From assembly GCA_951406725.2 (NCBI GenBank), contig OX597828.1, forward strand, positions 54,498,001 through 54,562,000: a stretch of 64,000 nucleotides of DNA, written 5' to 3'. The position numbers were made by a program, and so were the translations under genes. Below, in pieces: positions 40,695-54,413 of the stretch; positions within the stretch are counted from its first letter, which is position 1, and each line of letters begins with the position of its first letter. The DNA comes from Octopus vulgaris (lineage: Eukaryota). The notes beneath the pieces were generated by a model. That model saw only the letters and a program-made list of their open reading frames with translations. It searched no databases and was not told where the DNA came from.

Positions 40695-40870
40695 CTCAAT
40701 ACGTGTGACGTACCAGTTAAGACAATCTTTTGCACTTCCTGCATGGATGGTAAGCCAGAGATCATTCTTAAATAATTTTCAATTCCTGTTTTGATCATTC
40801 CAAGTGCTCCTACAATCACTGGTATTGTAACCGTCTTGAGACGCCACATCTTCTCGCTTTCGATTAGCGA
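40695..40870 (-). pseudogene. R4/Dong-type endonuclease C-terminal fragment
   Basis: KMWRLKTVTIPVIVGALGMIKTG...QEVQKIVLTGTSHVLR, homologous to 29240-29410. Confidence 0.85.
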
Positions 40871-41361
40871 AACTTTATTATTTAATTATTTACTGAAAAG
40901 TATAGGAGTTGTGGATGTGTTGCGATGTTATTCTGACCTCATTAAACGCAATTAACAGTCAACGCATTCTGTGAATGAATACTAAAATAAATAAATCATT
41001 GAGTCTATACACAAGTCGGTACGTTTATTGGCAAAATCATATAAAATTGTTTCGTGAATAAATCCGAGAATTAATTACGGTGATTTTGTCATAAAATTTA
41101 TTGTTGTGGTTCTTCATTTTGTATATTTAAGGAATATAAAATAAATGAATTAGATTGATATATATATGTTTAGTTAGCGTATACTTATGCGTGTAAGTGT
41201 ATGTGTAAGTGTGTAAGTATGTGTGTGTCTGTGTGTGTGGGTGCGTGAGCGAGTAAAGACGTGTATATGTACGTGCTTGGAGTATGTATAATTATAAATG
41301 CGCGTGTGCACGCCTGCATATATATATATATGTGTATGTGTATGAATGTGACACTGTATAC

Positions 41362-41415
<54 letters not shown>

Positions 41416-41496
41416 CATAGATACATACATACATAGATACATACATACATACATACATAATACACACACACACACACGCACGCACACACACACACG

Positions 41497-41571
<75 letters not shown>

Positions 41572-41576
<5 letters not shown>

Positions 41577-41927
41577 CGGAGATGTACTCGCATAGCAAGT
41601 AATTTGATCTGAGATCGTGTGCTGAAACGAAAACAATTGCAGCGTGGAGGTGTTTATAAGCCATTTAAGAAACACACAAAAGCCGTTCGATTCACTCCAA
41701 CATTTAAGTTTAATTTGTCAAAATATTTTCGTCGCTAAAATCCGAGACCTGTTCACTGACAAAGTCCGTGCTGCATCTCAGAGATGCAGCACGGACTTTG
41801 TCAGTGAACAGGTCGCGGATTTTAGCGACGAAAATATTTTGACAAATTAAACTTAAATGTTGGAGTGAATCGAACGGCTTTTGTGTGTTTCTTAAATGGC
41901 TTATAAACACCTCCCACGCTGCAATTG

Positions 41928-41929
<2 letters not shown>
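41572..41929. mobile_element. palindromic pLTR-like element between (TA)n tracts
   Basis: Arms 41632-41779 and 41781-41929 are inverted copies with 1 mismatch and 1 indel around a 1-nt spacer. Confidence 0.85.
41797..41846 (+). ncRNA. hammerhead ribozyme motif with G3-C8 swapped core (mirror copy on minus strand ~41714-41763)
   Basis: TTTGTCA-GTGAACA-G-GTCGC.GGATTTTA.GCGAC-GAAA-ATAT-TT-TGACAAA; 7-bp stem I, 5-bp stem II, palindromic AATATT stem III. Confidence 0.6.
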
Positions 41930-41972
<43 letters not shown>

Positions 41973-42449
41973 GGTATGTATGTATCTATCTATCTATCTA
42001 TCTATATATATATATATATATATGAACATATAAATGTGTATATATATCATATACATGTGTGTGCATGTGTATGTGTGTGTTTGCGTGTGTTTATGTGTAT
42101 TTGTGTGTGTGTGTGTGTGTGAGTGTGTGTGTGTTGAATTGTAGTTATTCTTTTAAAGATAGTTTAGAATAAATGTGGAACATTTATTGATGGGGGAACT
42201 CAATATGAGAGTTGAGTGAAAACTATTGAAAAGCTTGTGCTGACTGAGACATTTTTGCCTGATGATATCTTTTACGAGTTCTGGCATATTAGATAGTACT
42301 CATACCTACCTACATACATACATACATACATACAAACTGTTATATCCTTAAGCCTCCAATATCGTTCTACGGTTGATACTTTCGACGATAAATATAAAAA
42401 TATACACTGTAATAGTATTGTAGCAATACAGAATAGAAACAGCAGCAGC

Positions 42450-42625
42450 GCTTCCTACGCAACCGCTGAGCCTGGATGCGCATTCATCCATCCGTCGATG
42501 CTCTCGGTGTCGGGGGTTGACCTGCTTTCTCTTCTGCGGGTCTTACGAATAGCAAAGGATCACGTTTCGGACTTCTCCCATCTTGCGAGCTCTGGGACGA
42601 AAACCGTTCGCTGAACAGCAACAAA
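42450..42625 (+). mobile_element. headless SINE C tail type 1 (or 3' end of its partner LINE)
   Basis: Matches 7835-8000 without the tRNA head. Confidence 0.8.
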
Positions 42626-42789
42626 CACGTAACGAACCAACAATCTTTTACAAACTAACAATCAGTATTTCCAACTCACTAACTCGAACTGTAAACTGTA
42701 CCTGGACTTCGAAGACCAAACTACGAACTATTTTCTTTATTATGAGCACATTGGCTCTACAAAGAAGAGACGGTACAAGGACAGACTAA

Positions 42790-43021
42790 GGGCGGCGAGC
42801 TGGCAGAATCGTTTGCACACCGGGCGAAATGCTTAGCAGTATTTCGTCTGCCGCTACGTTCTGAGTTCAAATTCCACCGAGGTCGACTTTGCCTTTCATC
42901 CTTTCGGGGTCGATTAAATAAGTACCAGTTACGCACTGGGGTCGATATAATCGACTTAATCCATTTGTCTGTCCTTGTTTGTCCCCTCTATGTTTAGCCC
43001 CTTGTGGGTAATAAAGAAATA
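42790..43021 (+). mobile_element. tRNA-derived SINE family B, full length
   Basis: A-box TGGCAGAATCG, B-box GAGTTCAAATTCC; ~15-bp TSD tacaaggacagRcta. Confidence 0.92.
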
Positions 43022-44209
43022 GCTACAAGGACAGGCTACACAACACAGTGGGGAACATGAATCAAATAACGAATGAAATTATGAATATAACGATTTACAT
43101 AAAAAATGAAATGTCTTACCTGCCCCCCCCCGCCACACGCAGGTAGTGTCATTTAACTGTTTAGGTATCACATATTAACTTACAGTTGCATTCTTCTTTT
43201 TTTGCATCGTTTTTTTTAAAGTCATTATTTTAAAATTTTAAATATTTCACTTTCCTTTATATTATATATTCTGTTATGTCCTCAAATGCCATCACTGGTG
43301 GCAGCTCGTCGTATCGAACCTTGATAAATGCATATATACATATAAACACAAATCTCGTGCATACATGCATGCAAGCATGCATGCATACGTACATATATAG
43401 ATACATACACACAGACAGGCATAGGCAGATATCAACCCGACTAATTCGCACATTTCAATTACGATCTGTAAGCGGAACAGTAAAAATATGCAAGATTATC
43501 TGAAGTTTAATATCTAACATTGTTTTCGTTATCTACATTCCAACGACGGTGCTATGTATCTTTAATTATTTAAATTCTTTTTCAGAGGAAGAATTTATTT
43601 AATTAAAAACATAAGAAAATACACACATACGCAAACATATATACGTATAATCACATATATATCCTCCATCCATCCAGCTAACCATTCATACATACATACA
43701 TACATACACACACACATCCATCCATCCATCCATCCATCCATCCATCCATCCATACATACATACAACATGCATACATACATACATACATACATACATACAT
43801 TCATACATACAAACATACATGCATGCATACGTATATACATAATTGGCCAGATAATCTATCTTTAGATTCCTACTGAAAGTTTCACCATAATTTGGTTATT
43901 CAGTTCCTGTTTCGTGATCCCGCTACTTCTCTTAAGATACAAATGAAAACACATCTTCGTTTTCATTCTGTTTCAATCGTACACATTTGTTGTTATATGT
44001 TTTATTTTGTGTGTATGTGGTTCTCATTCTACACACGTCTATAAAAGCATGAAGAGATTTATTTTGTTTGTTTGATATTTAGTTTTGTTCTTTTATGATC
44101 AATAACTTTTCCTGTTGTGCAAGACGACTGAAAACATTTGATTTCTTGTTACTTATCGAAGAGGCAACTGTATCTAAAATCAACATTTAATGTAGCGGAG
44201 TATAGTTTT

Positions 44210-44252
44210 TTAAAACATGTCACTAATTTTTTGTTTAGTTTTCTGTGAAATG

Positions 44253-44284
<32 letters not shown>

Positions 44285-45090
44285 CCGTCTCTTAAATTGT
44301 TTCTCAGTCTTATCTGCCTTATCACTACCATTTGGGTTAGTATAAAATATCACAGTAACTGCAAATATAACTGATTTCTGCATGTGCTTTCTGTTGACTA
44401 GCATACACTGAAAATTCCTTTTCCTTATTCAGTTGGTTATGTTCTTGTGATTTAAATTCTTCGTTATTGACAAAATCTTTTAATGATTGGCAAAATCTTT
44501 TAATGTTTATTTCAAGTCGATTTGCTTTAGAGATTTTCCTGTATTTTTTGTGCATGGGAATTAAGGGTTTTTATATAATAAAAACATATTTGACTTACCT
44601 GTGTATTTACAGTTATCGGAAACTGTGGGTTATACCACAAGGTGTTCCTGTGCTTGCTCCTGCTATTAGTATGTGCATGATTAAATGTGCTTTTTTTAAA
44701 ACTACTATGTACCACTACATCGTTACATATATCTGCTACTCTATTCAAAGATGTATTCGTTACACGAAATTGTCAAAGTTTGGTTGATCATGTTATTAGG
44801 TATAGTTCTAAGAATATATGGTGACTGGGTTTAATTATTGTTTATATATAATATTGAATAACTTCGTTTCACGTGTAGTTGGTATTTTTTCATTCATAGA
44901 GTTGAATCTAAGAAATTGACAACCTTGAAATAAACACTTTCAATAATTTTTAGATTTAAATATTCGAGTAGTTTGGATTGTTTTTCCGGAAGCCCTTTTG
45001 CATTTCTGGAAATTGATAGACTATCAGAAGATTCCTCACTTAACGGTGTGAAATTTATTCTGAATTGGGTCTAAGATATATATTCCAATA
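44210..45090 (-). pseudogene. highly degraded Penelope-like element ORF (RT thumb, linker, GIY-YIG)
   Basis: NFLD, ISCNEYIF/NRVADICNDVVVHSSF, RNTLWYNPQFPITVNTQV (cf. PLE RNIIWFNPP) and MQKSVIFAVTV...TEKQFKRRLY (GIY-YIG-like), in the expected order. Confidence 0.65.
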
Positions 45091-45324
45091 ATATTTTAAA
45101 TTTTTGCAAAATCTCCCAGCCCCACCCCTCTCCGTAGTTACATCAAAGAGATCTTTATGAAGTTTGCTCAGAGAAGAGGATCCATTTCCTGGTTTGCAAA
45201 AATATTTACATCATCAGTAACAGATGTATAGAGTTATGCAAAACTTACTTTTCCTGCGCGCGCTCTCACACACACACATCTATGTAATTCCTGTTCATCT
45301 CACATAAATTAACATGTATTAGGC

Positions 45325-46900
45325 CAGATGTGGGGCAATCTTTTCACTTTGGAAGGCCGCATTAAGTTTGTTGTAATCTAATAAGGCCGCATTCAAGAAA
45401 CTTCGATTATTCTTCAAAATTTACTACTGTGTATTAAATAACTTCAAAACAATTTTTTTAACGTGAATTATAAAGTTAACGACCCTTTTAATAACTTTGT
45501 TGTGACTGCTTTTTGTAAGAAAGTATTTGAATGTTTCAGCTGATCCTCTCGAAGTGGCTTTAAGGGTGACTTGATTTTGGTTGGTTAGGTAGGAGAATGT
45601 AAAATTTCAGTAGTAAGTGGTTGAAAAGAAGGAAAGCATTTTTCGTGCATGTTGCCGGAAGCATGGATATTCTATTGCATTTTTCCATATTTCAGTTGGA
45701 TCGTTCTTAGCGTCAAATAAGGACTTTAAAATGTCATCTTCTGAGAGTTCAATCAGTTCCATCTGTAGTTCTTCAGGAGCCCTGGAGACATCAACTAAAT
45801 GAGGTTGAAATGCTAATTTGAGTGTGATGTCATGATTCTCAAACTCAGAGAACCTTTCATTGTCTTCTTCAGTTCATAAGTCTATAACGGTTGCGTATTC
45901 TTCAAATAGTTTGCATGAATCCTCTTGTTCTTCAATGGCCTTTGCTACCTGGAGAAAATGCTCAACCAAAATTGCAAAGTGTCATTTAAGGTAATATATT
46001 TAAAACAGAGATTTTTCTTATAAAGGACACAATGAAAGAAATAAAAGCATCTGGATCTGATAATACATTTTTTATCTGGGCAATGAACCTTTCATGTTTT
46101 TCTGTCATGGAAGGTGCACCGTCTGTATATACATACACCCATTAAATTAACCAAATTCAGATCAACTTGATCTGTTCTACGTGTTCTACTCGTCAAAGTG
46201 ACCCAAACCGGTAACTCTTCGCTGCAGATGAAATCTTCTGTTATGATCCGAATGAAGTATGAAACGAGCGCTGAGTCAGTAGTATAAGTTGATTCATCTA
46301 AAGCGATTGAATAATATATATTTTCCGTTTAGAGTATTGTGTGAAGTTGTTCTGTTACGTTGAGGGTTAATTCATGCTACCGCTCAGTTATGGTTCTCCC
46401 TGAAAGAGGCAGCTGTTTGTTCTTTGAAACCTTATCGGGGTCTAAGCATCTTCAACTTTTACGATTCTTTTACGATTTCCACATCGCTGAATGGCTTTCC
46501 CTTTTTTCGTAAGTATACAAGCTACTCTGTTAGTCGCTTCAGAGGCAATATTTCTGTGTCTTACCACACCTTGAAATAACTGTTTTTGCTTTTAATTACT
46601 GCAATGCAACCTTTCGCACCCTTCCCTCTAATCTGAAATATTTGCGATACTTATGAGTGGCATAATGCTAATGAGCATTGAATTTCTTCAATGTTGATAT
46701 TGGAGTATCACAAAGCAGACAAATCAGCATATCTTTAGCAGACGAAAAAAGAAAACAAAATATGCTGTTCTAAATCCCTATTAAAACCTTTGTTTTCTTC
46801 CACCAACGTTCTTTTGGTTTTCTTTGACATGATGAACTATTAAGCAGACAGAATGAAATAATAAAAAAAAAATGAAAAAGAAAAGAAAAAAGGAAAGAAA
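45325..46900 (-). mobile_element. hAT-Charlie-like (GTF2IRD2/SPIN-type) transposon remnant, internally deleted
   Basis: ATG at 46830: MSKKTKRTLVEENKGF, LICLLC..HYATH (BED finger), KGKPFSD, LPLSGRTI, YSIALDEST, TDGAPSM, ELQMELIEL, FSTTY; CAG..GTGGG-type end at 45325. Confidence 0.85.
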
Positions 46901-47276
46901 ACAGATACGCGGATATGGTCAGGCTGTGTAGCTATTCTCAAATTCTACTTCAAATGGAAAGCCACGTGCACCATTGTCACGAGCTGATAATCACTGGCTC
47001 TTGCTAACTAGTTTTGGACAGAAGTGACGTTCTGCTATGTCAGAGGCCTTGCAATGAGGATTACCCACCACATTTCACTTAACAAAGCAGAGGGTCCTGT
47101 CAGAGGGCCCTGGTTGATCTGGGCAAAATGATGTGGACTTCCTCCCCTCTCTGGTGAAGCGGGATCTCAAGGCTTTCCACGATTTTACATTAAGTCCACC
47201 TCCAGAGTGATCTAGAATACGGCCTTCCCTGTATGTATGTGTGCGCGTGCGTGTGTGTGTGTGTGTGTGTGTGTGT

Positions 47277-47560
47277 AAGAAATTGAAATGACAAAAGAAT
47301 AAACAATTGTCTTATACACTTCATTGGCTTACAACTGTTTCTGCTACAATATGCAATGCACTCATAGTTGAGTGTTTGAGTATCATCTTATCCCTTCGTG
47401 ATGTGCACTTTATTTGGGAAAGCATTTATATTTATGTATATACACAGAAAAGCATTGCCTACGAAAAAACATACACGTATTGGGGAAATGAAATTCAAGA
47501 GATTGAGATAGAAACCCTTCCCATAATTAAAATAAGAAAGATTTTGAAGAGTGTATAAAG
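47277..47560 (-). mobile_element. pLTR-like segment, inverted homologue of 49130-49410
   Basis: Reverse-complement similarity; retains GAAA-CAGTTG-TA-AGC but the CxGATGA core is lost. Confidence 0.6.
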
Positions 47561-47733
47561 ACAGGAATATGAGGAATTTCTCTGATAAGATGTAGAGCGA
47601 CATTGAAAAGAACTGTTAGTAAATACACACACGTGCTCACACTCACACACACACACACATACATATATATATACATACATACACACACATATATATATAC
47701 GCATACACACACACGCATATATATATATATATA

Positions 47734-47793
<60 letters not shown>

Positions 47794-48367
47794 CATACAC
47801 ATATATATATACATATATATACATATTTATATATACGTATATACAGATACATGCATACATGCATACATAGATAAAGACGCGCGCGCGCGCGCATATATAC
47901 TAGAAAATAGAGAGAGAATGACAAAAGCAGGATTAGAGACAATGAAAGGCAAAAAAACGAGAAAAGAGAGAAATAAAGAATGCGAACAGAAAAAGAAGAC
48001 ATAAAAATGCTTATGATGATCATTAAAGATTTTTCTAGATCTTTTCCTTTCCTTTTTCTCTCATTATCTCTGATCTTACATCTGCCGTTCTATCTCCATT
48101 TCCTACAATATACATAAATGTTTCTTTAGACATTTGTTTTTGTAATTTCTTTTATTCTGTTTTTTTTTTTTTGTTCCCCCGGCTTTTGCTATTCATTTCA
48201 ACTCACATCTGCCGTGAGTTAACATGGAAATTCCAAGCGACGACAACGTAGCCTTCATTTAATTAACGTTTTCTCTGCCTGACGATTAGTTAAGTTGAGT
48301 ACCCAGTCCTTGAGAAATTATTACATCACAGGATCAGCTAGCTAAGAAACATATGTAGCCTCTATTT

Positions 48368-48440
<73 letters not shown>

Positions 48441-48458
48441 TTATAATAATAATAATAA

Positions 48459-48978
48459 TTCTGATCTTAACTGATTGGAAGTTTTATCATGTACATTGTT
48501 TTGTCTTGATATAAAAGATGGGCTACAGCAAATATTCTGCTCAATACCACATATTTGCTTGTCAGTTGTTTGACCTTAACCAGTTGAGCATGTCCCTCAG
48601 TGGCTGACGATATGTGCATCTCTGACCGTGAGCAGAAGTAGTGGGGGAGCATCATAGCCGTGTGTTGAAAAGAATTCTTAGAGGTTTGGATAATTCACAT
48701 TTGGAAACATGGGTGGTTCTTTCAACATCCTTAAACAACCCTTATTCAGGGACCTTTTGAGCGGGATGGGTTACTCAACCTGAAGAAAATTCTAACTGGG
48801 CCCCACCTGCAAGGTCATGTACTGTTTAATCTTGATATGAGATCACCATGTCGCACACATATGGTTGTGATGCGTGTAACTGGTGTACCCTTATCAGACG
48901 GATAGTCATGATGGGTATAATGGGCTTCGTATATTTTACCCCAGTGTCACTTTGATGGCATGCACTGCTCTCTCACTC
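48459..48978 (+). mobile_element. AAT-embedded non-coding element (copy 3)
   Basis: Same right end ...CTCTCTCACTC|AATAAT as the 1856-2370 copy; (AAT)n on both sides. Confidence 0.82.
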
Positions 48979-48986
48979 AATAATAC

Positions 48987-49053
<67 letters not shown>

Positions 49054-49280
49054 TATAAAGATATATATCTTTTAATGATAGTTCTTTTTACTGTCTATAG
49101 AAATGTCTCATATACCTATCCATATACACTCTTGCAAATGTATCTTCTTTTAATTATGGGAGGGGCTTACCTCTCATTCTCCCCCACCATTCGTATATGT
49201 TTTTTTTCCATTGGCAATGCTATTCTGTGTATGCATATAAATATAAATATTTTCCCCAATAAATTGCACTTCGTGTTTGA

Positions 49281-49361
49281 AGTTCCGATGAAGCGATAAG
49301 ATGATACTCAAGCACTTTATTACGAGTGCATTCCATATTATAACCGAAATAGCTGTAAGCT
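49281..49361 (+). ncRNA. hammerhead-like motif with long stem II
   Basis: AGTT-CCGATGA-A...GAAA-TAGCTG-TA-AGCT; stem II is degenerate. Confidence 0.45.
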
Positions 49362-49774
49362 AATGAAGTTCATAATAATTGTTTATTTCCTTTTCATCTC
49401 AATTTCTTATTAGTGCGCGGCACCCAACTATCACTTCGTTCTGAAGCAAATGCATACCGACTTCTAACACAAGGTTATTAGAATCGCACTGCCTAGGTCA
49501 AATATATATATATATAGGTACAGCAATGTAACTGCACACGTGCTGTTGGCTATTTCTTTTTCTTTCCTATTCTCCTTGCCGACGAAGAGCTGTGCTCAAA
49601 ATATCAAAAACTCATTGTGCTCGTTATCTCATTGTTTGTTATTGCTAATAGTAATGTTCATTCATTTGAATTCACTATATATAAACACACAGAGATAGAG
49701 AAAGAGAGTGAGAGATACATACATACATACATACATACATACATACATACATACATACACACATACGTGTATGA

Positions 49775-49865
<91 letters not shown>

Positions 49866-50862
49866 CATGTGTGTGTGTGTGTGTGTGTGTGTGGTTGTCC
49901 TACTATCTTAATAAATGCATTCCAGCTTTGACCACTCCCTCTTTTATTGATATTCCTGTTGCTGCTCAGCTCTCTGTCAGTCTTGGTTGAACATATGTAT
50001 ATTATCAAAAGCGCTCCACCTGCGACCATCTCATCCTTAAGTATGTCTGTGATTAACTGCCTAATATGTACTTCGTATTTTAAGACGGCATGATTCAATC
50101 TGACGTTTTTTTCCTCTTCGTTTCTTCTTTCTTTTTCTGCTTTTTTTTTCTTCATTTTCTTTTCTAGCAAGTCGATCGACCATGTAGAGTTTTCGTCATC
50201 GGCTCCTCTACTTCAATCGATTTCTCTTACGTATGATCCAGTCATAATAAAAGAAGGGAAATCTCTAAGATGAAATATTTTCTGCTTGGTGAAACCATTT
50301 GTAGTAATGCACGCCGTTAAAGTCAGTTTGAGAAAAACAGACAGGAACTTAATATTATTTCCATCAAATTTAAATTTGAAACTCTTCATAACATTACTAT
50401 ACACACCCATAGCTAAACACCCGAGTTTTCTCTCTTCTTTTGTAATGGTCCTCCTGGTTGTTGTTGTTGCTATTGTTGTTTTCATCGTCGTTGCTGTTGT
50501 TGTTGTTGGCGATTTGCTGTATTCCTTGTTTCTGCATTCGTTTTCTGAATCTCTTTCTTTCCCTCTTTGCTTCTTCCCTTTCTTTCCTATTTCTTTCATT
50601 AAGTTTTCCTTTAATCTTACCCTTTATTTTATCGTTCTTCTTTTTTTCGTTTCTTCTTTCCTCTTCACCTAATATTCTTATCGCATTTGTCTTTTCTCCC
50701 CTTTTCTCTCTTTGTCACCCTCCCTCCCTCCCTCCTCTCTCTCTCTCTCTCTCTCTCTGTTTCACCCCTTATCTTTCTCACTCTCTCACTTCACACATAC
50801 ACGAATACATAAATGCACGCTATTTGTCAGTCTTCGTTTCTCTCTCTCTCTCACTCTTCGTT

Positions 50863-50908
<46 letters not shown>

Positions 50909-51113
50909 GCACGCACACACTATCACCATCACTATCGCCCAGACGCGCATACCTATGTACAGAAAAGCTCGTTATTTGTCACTATTCTATTCTCTCCCGC
51001 TTTCTTTTCACCTCTTGTTTCTCAATCTCTAACTATATCGTCCAACGTGTTCATTCCGTTTTAAGATGGCGCGGCGTAATTTGAGAGATTAGACTTGTAT
51101 TTCATATACACGC

Positions 51114-51186
<73 letters not shown>

Positions 51187-51192
51187 CCTGGT

Positions 51193-51225
<33 letters not shown>

Positions 51226-51879
51226 CTTTAGGTCTCTCTCTCTCTCTCTCTATCTATATTTATCTATCTATCCCATTTTCTTCAGCGTCCTCTTTCTTTT
51301 TTCTGTCTCTGTCCCTCTCTTTTCGCTTTCTCTCTTTCTATGTCTCTCCCTCTCACTCTTCCTCTCTCTCTCCCTCCCTCTTTCTCCCTTACCTTTCATT
51401 CACCTCACATCACGTTTTACATTCTCTTACCATTTCATGTTCACTCAACCATTCTTTCTCAATGAGTTCATTTATTTTATTTTGGTAGTTTCAATGTCCC
51501 GAGTCCACGTACATAATGCATACACATATGCGCATGCGCTCACACCACCTACACACATAAACATGCACACACAAATGCACTCACGTACGCACACACGTGT
51601 ACATATACCTATGTACTCACACATGTACACACATCAGACATATATACACAAACATACATACACATATATATATATATATACATACACCGATACACACATA
51701 TATGCATGCATATAACCCCAAGGCTATAAACATGATGGAAAAATACAACTAAAACATACATACATGCATACAATTATGCATGCATGCATGCAATCATATA
51801 TATATATATATATATATATATGATTGCATGCATGTATATTTCCTCTGTCTTCCCTTCTCGGGATCTTTCCTTCTCCTTT

Positions 51880-51914
51880 GTTTCCGACGAAGAGCTCCGC
51901 TCGAAACGTTAAAC
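51880..51914 (+). ncRNA. minimal hammerhead motif in a pLTR-like segment 51838-52012
   Basis: GTTT-CCGACGA-A-GAGC.TCC.GCTC-GAAA-CG-TT-AAAC; segment ends at (TA)n; homologous to 60931-61135. Confidence 0.65.
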
Positions 51915-53621
51915 CCTCCTTCTTCCCTTCTTTCCCGAGCGTCCAATAATACTTTATTTGTTCCACGTCCTCGCGTTGCTGTGTTTTTTTTATGTTTTCT
52001 TGTTTGGATTAACTATATATATATATATTTATACGTGCGTTCATACGTACACTTATACAAATATCTGTATATACATACGCAAAATTGAGCGCAATATTTT
52101 GCGCTGGGGAACTGATTTCTTAAAATGTACCCCGTGAAAGAGAAACTCTTGGATGAATGTAAAATAAATAAAAAAAAAAACCGAAGAGTAACACTTAATA
52201 AAAAATATCTGCAATTCTATGTTTGTTCTGTGAAACCAAAGTGGAACAGCTTCTGTAACTTCTCTTGGATTTGCGATCATCACGTCAAGTTACCTTTCGA
52301 AAGATATGATTTTGGAATCCAAAAGAGTAAAGAAGAATTTCAAAATATTTAAAGAACACAGGAGACGGTGAAATTCTAAGAACCGCTTGTTGCAACAAAA
52401 ATGTTAAATATGTTCCACATATTTGGTAGATAATCCACACGCGATCAGCAACTGCCCTTAAATTGGCATTGTCTATTGTTGTTAAAGCAATAGACAATGG
52501 TGCCGGCGGGAATGTTGTTCTGCAGCAACACAGAACGCATATTTCTAATGTTAACATTATATTTATACATTCCAACACAACAAACATAGAATAAGTTCTT
52601 TGGAAAGGAAATTAAAAATGATACACCGTTGCAGAGATCAGCTGCTTAGCAGATGTGAGTATTTTATTCAAACTTAGCAAGATAAGGAACGTTTATTATC
52701 AACTCATTCCAAACTTACCATTTCTCTCTCTAGGATATTTATATTTGTAGTTACTGCTGCTGTTATCGCTGCTGCTACTGTTGTTGTTGTTGCTTATTTT
52801 CAGGTGAATCGTAATCGAGCAAGTCTACGATCAAAAACATGCAAGCTGGTATTATTCAAGGGATTATAGTCCTTCGGGTTTCCTTATGATATGTGTCCTT
52901 TTTCCCTTTTGTAACTGTCTAGAGTGCGATTTGAGAGAGATTTAGCTACTGTTTCTAACCGGTGGAGCAAAGAGAGGAGACAGCAAACCTAAGGGCCGGA
53001 AATTGGAGTATGATGGCGAGTAATATCAGTCAAATCTGTCAAGTGCCCTTTCTCAGGATGCAATCCAACATGTCTGAGGGAGCAGCAGTAGCAACAGCAG
53101 CAGTAGTAACCCACCTCTCATCCCCGAAATCGAAGGGATACTCTTGTACTCTTAAATGTAACTCCTCCCAAATTGCCACCTTGTGCTGTTTGCATTTTCC
53201 AAACACATCGTCTTGTGTCATTTGTAGAACATCAACCGCGCTCTAACGATGACAACCAGCTTTTAAAGGTCCATTCTCTCCCTGTTATTGCAAAAATATT
53301 TCCTGTGTACCAAATGGATTTTAATGAAATGAAGCCAATATTGGACTGTATTAACACTTTTAGGTAGAGCAGCTCTCCTGACAGTGACCCAGCATTGATT
53401 GGAATGACCAGAAACTGAAATCAAGTTTAACAATGAGTAGCCTTCTTTGAGATCAGCGATTCTCAGCCGGGGCCTGTATGACCCTTGCGGGTCCATATAA
53501 GAGTTTGTTGTTAAAATTTCATTGTGCAATACACAAAATATAGGTGTGGCGTGGCTGTGTGGTAAGAACATTCCTTCTCAAATACGTGAATGAATTTGGT
53601 AGAAGGAAACTGAAAGAAGCT

Positions 53622-53700
53622 AATCGTATTTAAATATAACGTTGCCGTTCATGTGGCTTGAGATAGCCAGGCCATCGTCCCTATAGCGGGCCGACCTATG
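53622..53700 (-). pseudogene. tiny Penelope-type RT fragment
   Basis: YRDDGLAI...IFKY matches the PLE catalytic YRDDGL motif; very short. Confidence 0.35.
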
Positions 53701-54064
53701 TAGGTGGATACTCCCTTGAGGGTATCTAAAATGTCTAACCGGCGAGGTAGGCGATTTCAGCCCAGTCAAAGCTCCCCATGGAGAAATCGAACAATGAATC
53801 AATCACCTTTCTTCATCCAGAAAGAATTGTCGTGGACCAGAATTGACTTTCTGACATTCATGATAACTCTGATATAAAGGTCACAAACATATGGATCAAA
53901 ACAGTTTGATTCAAATTCGTTGGTACTCTTGAGTTTCAAGCGTGATGCTAGTCATGAGCCATTTTGTGGGTGACGAATTTGAATCGAACTGTTTTGATCC
54001 ATACATGTAATTCCCAATAAATTGGTTGAGTGCCCTTCTTTCGTTTGTACACTCACTCGTATAT

Positions 54065-54110
<46 letters not shown>

Positions 54111-54272
54111 ACACTCACACAAACACACACACACGCACGCACACACACGTATGTCAGGATTCTTTCAGTTTCCATCTATCAAATGAATCTCATTCTCAAA
54201 TTTTTGATCAGCTTGAGGGTATAGTAGAATATATACATATATATTAGAATATATATATATATATATATAGTA

Positions 54273-54322
<50 letters not shown>

Positions 54323-54361
54323 GAATACGCACACATATATATATATATATAGTAGAATACG

Positions 54362-54409
<48 letters not shown>

Positions 54410-54413
<4 letters not shown>

